Positions 60,276 through 64,000 of a stretch of DNA of 64,000 bases are shown here, piece by piece. This DNA is from Takakia lepidozioides (taxonomy: Eukaryota > Plantae > Bryophyta): positions 59,396,001 through 59,460,000 of the forward strand of contig CM060731.1 of assembly GCA_030704615.1 (NCBI GenBank), given 5' to 3'. A model generated the notes under the pieces. The model had not been told where the DNA came from. It saw nothing but the letters and a program-made list of their open reading frames with translations, and made no database searches. Every line of letters starts with the position of its first letter. Position 1 is the first letter of the stretch. The position numbers and the translations under genes are program-made.

Positions 60276-60361
60276 CATGTATTCTTATATTGGTGCCGTG
60301 ATTATGTTAATCGCCTTACAACCTATTAGAAATTATACAAGAAGAGAGGGCTTGCATGAAT

Positions 60362-60430
60362 TCCCAGGGCAGCAGGTTGAACCCCGAACCACCAAGGCGA
60401 TGGTGCACTTACCAGCTGAGCTACCAGCCG
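60362..60430 (-). mobile_element. tRNA-like SINE head
   Basis: Reverse complement GGTAGCTCAGCTGGTAAG...GGGTTCAACC gives A and B boxes, with no valid anticodon arm. Confidence 0.45.
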
Positions 60431-60639
60431 ATGTGCTCAATTTTTCTTTTCTCATTCGAAATAAAATAAAATGCAATGGAATACATGCAAGCCCCGCCTG
60501 CCCTCCTCAGCACATTTCATCACCACATACTAGCTACGACAATGCACCCTGTCACTCATGCATATAATTATTTATGCAGGGATTTCGTATGGTTCATCTA
60601 GGTCCATGGATGAAATTCACGCTATACCCTTCTTTTTTA

Positions 60640-61172
60640 AAAGAAATACCTGGGAGAGACAACTCACAAATCAGGCCCCTTAATCATAATGAGAGGAGAA
60701 AATAACCTCTTTCATAGTAATCTTGCCAAATATATATATATATTGCCATGAGGCACCGAGGATAATATGTAAACCCCAGTTTCTATCAAGGAAAATCGGC
60801 GAGTGACTAGCTAACATGATTGAAGTGGGGGCTAGTGGAGAGGTAGGGAAAAGACACGCATGGCAAGAGAAAAGGGGGGGTTGTCGAGTAGATGGGTGGG
60901 CTCGGGCTGTAGGGACGAGGGGGAGGGAATGTTTTATTTATAGAAGGTAAGGAAATAGGCCCACCATTGGAGCAGCCAATGGTGGGTTAGGATTAGAGGT
61001 TTTGTAGGGTTAGAATTAGTGGAAACGTGTCAAAGGGTGTAGGGTAGGACACGTGGGAATGTCTCTAGGGTCTTTTGGAAGCCCCACCACCGCCTCGCGG
61101 GGTCTTCTCCAAGTCTCCAACGCCCCCTCCCAGGGTGGCACTCAGCGCTCTATCCAATTGAGCTACGGACTG
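60640..61172 (-). mobile_element. Second copy of the 358-600 SINE family, split by a ~340-bp insertion
   Basis: Head GTAGCTCAATTGGATAGAGCGCTGAGTGCCA at ~61135-61170; body matches 500-570. Confidence 0.55.
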
Positions 61173-61691
61173 GGGATAGATACTTGTCTTTGACCTTAGA
61201 TAGTTAGATACTTAAGAAGAAGATACCTAAGAAGATACCTAAGAAGATAGGTACTTGTCTTGACTTAATTGGAAATATTATCACGAGCATGCTCAGTCAC
61301 AAAGTCTTGCCACGAAGGCAGGGCCAATACAAGGGCGCCAAGCAGGAGATGGGTGAGAGATTTTATCGCCAACACCCTTGTTCATCCAGGTGGCCAAGGC
61401 GGTTCAACGGTGGCCGTGCACAAAGACAAGTGCAGCGTCGCTTTGGCTGCCACGCGTGAGCTAAAAAATGGGGGTAACCCGCACGCGGTGAGGAAGTTGA
61501 AGAGAGAGATATGGACAGCAGCTTCGTCAGGAATCTACAGCGCAGGAAGATATAAGGGAGATTAAGAATTTGTGTAGAGAGAGGAGGAATTTGGAGATGA
61601 TATCCCAGAACTGATCGTACAAGGAAACATTATTCGCAACGCAGTGGAGGAAGGGCTTGGTGATCATAACGCCCGAGGAAGAGAGCTAGTT

Positions 61692-63772
61692 ATGGCAAGA
61701 GGAAACATTGTGACGGTCGAGGAGCAAGTGCGACCTGGCGTGACTCATGAGAGGGGGTGGATTTCGCAAAGTGAAGAGTCTGAAGTAAATGAGCGAGACA
61801 GCGATCGAGCCGATGACGGCGGGCTGGTTGACTTACCTGATGGTTGTATCGGTCTAATTGCAATGCGCCTGAGTCCCAGGGACGTGGCCAGGGGAGCATG
61901 TGTCTGTCATGCTTTTCGAGATACTTTTCAGTCAGACCTTGTTTGGGAGCATCTGCTTCCAGAATCTTACCCTAAGATTTTGGCACTTGCCTCTGACGTT
62001 CCTCAGAGCTTTTCGAGTAAGCGCGATATATGTGAGTTTCTTTCTAGGCAAGTTCTTCTTCGGGATGGCACACAGGTGAGAGATGAGTCCGACTCTTCTC
62101 CGCTCCTTTTGTTGTTTTGTTTTCGTACCAGATTGTTTTATGACATGACAAGGTTTGCGAGTGATTTAACCACGAAGCTAGAGTCATTGTTGTGATGTAT
62201 TGGAAAGATTTGAAAGCATGATGTTCGACAAATCCTCCACGGATGCAAATCGTTATCTTTCTTAGATATATTCTAGACCTGGATTCCGGAATAGTTCATA
62301 ACCATATGAAAACTAAGGAACCAGTTTCTTTGTAGATCAAGATGAAATCTGTGTCACGTATGGTGCATTTTACTTCTTGAAAGAAATTAGTACACATCTG
62401 AGAAGCTCCAGTTTTGCCTTGTGGAGGCAGTGGCTTCGTGACAAATTTATGTAGTGGGAACTACATACCTATATATTTATGAATGGTAGGTATTTCCAAG
62501 TAATACGTAGCTGAAACGATCAACGGTAGGTCATATTCCAGAGTTGAGACTGCAAGAGATTCTGAAAGTTAGAAGTTTTTACTTCGAGAAGTATCGTCGG
62601 CTGACTTGACTATTAAATCACTCGATGTGTATCCCACTCCGTTTATATGTTTTGATGCATGGAATGTTGTATTGAACAGGCATACTGGTTGGATAAGGCC
62701 ACAGGAGCAGTATGCTATAGTGTGTCAGCAAGGGGCCTGAATATTGTTTGGGGTGATGATGATCAATATTGGATGTGGCTCCCCCGAAAGGGCTCGAGGT
62801 ACTTCCATTCCAATTATGAAGTGTTGTGATGTGAACATTTCCAATCTGGTTTCACCTTCGGTCTCAGTAATATGTTTTTTTCAGTCTTAAAACTATCAGC
62901 ACACCCGGGCATGACAAAGAGACTCTAATTATAAGTATTTGGTTCTTGTGTCTAGGGAGCATGAGGCAGTGAAGTTTGGAAGGAATTTGAAAAAGTATGT
63001 GCGATGTAAATTGTTATACTGATGCTGCTTATACAAGTTGATGGATTGAGGTATATTGAGCAGAACTTTGTGAGAAATCATGTCACTTGGTCACTTGCCT
63101 TTCTGCACCCCTCTCACCTACTGGGCATTATCCTAAGGCGAGTAATTGCATGCAGCTCAAACTGTTTGGGCCGTGTGCAGATGGCCAGAGGTAGCATGTT
63201 TGAAGCAGGTGTGCTGGTTTGAAGTTACCGGCGAGTTGAACTGTCTCCTTCCACCGGGATCTTACACTCTATCATTTCGACTTCAGTTGAACGAACGCAA
63301 GGACTCCAGTGGCGATCATGCATTCGGTTGGGCAAGTGCACCCACCGAATTTTCTCTTTCTTTGAGTGATGGCACACAGGCTTCCAGCAACCACCGTTTC
63401 TTGAGCAATCGGCTTGAAGATGCCACGCTTCAAAATCAGCTACAAAATATAACATCTGTTCGAGTGGTGGAAGACGACTGGATGGAATACGATGTGGGAG
63501 AGTTTGTTGTAGAAGAAGGGGGAAAAAGTGTAGATCTGAGGTTCTCAATGATAGAGATCGAGAGAGGACAGTGGAAAAGTGGGTTGAACTTGGATGGTGT
63601 TGTGGTTCGCCCGACTTCCCTGACGCACACGGTTGGTTACAAACCGACTTTGGCTGAGCTGGGGGAGAGTGCAACAAGAGCGACAACGGATTTTGCAGGA
63701 TTCTTTCGTGGAAGGAGGATGCTGCCCAGAGCAGGCCGTCCTCGCTTGCCTGATGTTAATGGTAGGAATTGA
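61692..63772 (+). CDS. F-box/PP2-A (phloem protein 2-like) protein; exons 61692-62075, 62680-62798, 63181-63772
   Basis: F-box LVDLPDGCIGLIA...DVARGACVCHAF...SDLVWEHLLP; PP2 domain YWLDKATG...SARGLNIVWGDD..YW, LKQVCWFEV, WMEYDVGEF, WKSGLNLDGV. Confidence 0.9.
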
Positions 63773-64000
63773 ATTAGTTAACGTCGACTACCTCATAGGA
63801 TTGGAAGGGGAGGGGCCCCCACCCGGAATTTGTAAATCCCGCGATCGTAGATAAGTCAACTTTGATCTTCACCTGCCATGTTGTTGCTGCATGCCGCTGT
63901 CTGCCTTGATCCATGCTCCCTATCTTACTACTAAAAATCAAGAATACGGTGGTCACAGACTGCCCACAGCAAACCACATAAGAGAGAGAACCTACAACCA

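Overview
Eukaryotic, intron-rich and transposon-dense plant DNA, most likely a non-seed land plant (PLS-type PPR debris, BOB1, F-box/PP2, plant-type U1 promoter; hornwort/bryophyte/lycophyte is a guess). Host genes: a many-exon TMEM104-like amino-acid transporter (-), a U1 snRNA, a BOBBER1/NudC gene, an F-box PP2-A gene and two PPR pseudogenes. Transposons: a CACTA/EnSpm element inserted in a PPR gene, RTEX-like LINE pieces with (CATTT)n tails, a decayed Copia, two hAT MITEs stacked at one target site, tRNA-derived SINEs and a ~11.9 kb Ty3/Gypsy element. The main result is two unrelated DNA methyltransferases carried by mobile elements. (1) The Gypsy pol has a DNMT3-like C5-cytosine methyltransferase between protease and RT and a PHD finger after the integrase. 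The same element has a self-complementary (Tf1-type) PBS, a captured stearoyl-ACP desaturase fragment, and termini arranged A-internal-B-A-B, like an integrated permuted 2-LTR circle or split direct repeats. (2) A spliced beta-class N4-C/N6-A methyltransferase-like gene, followed by an array of 22-bp palindromes and a CAC-type terminus, is nested inside the Copia. All calls come from reading motifs by eye; no database search was run.
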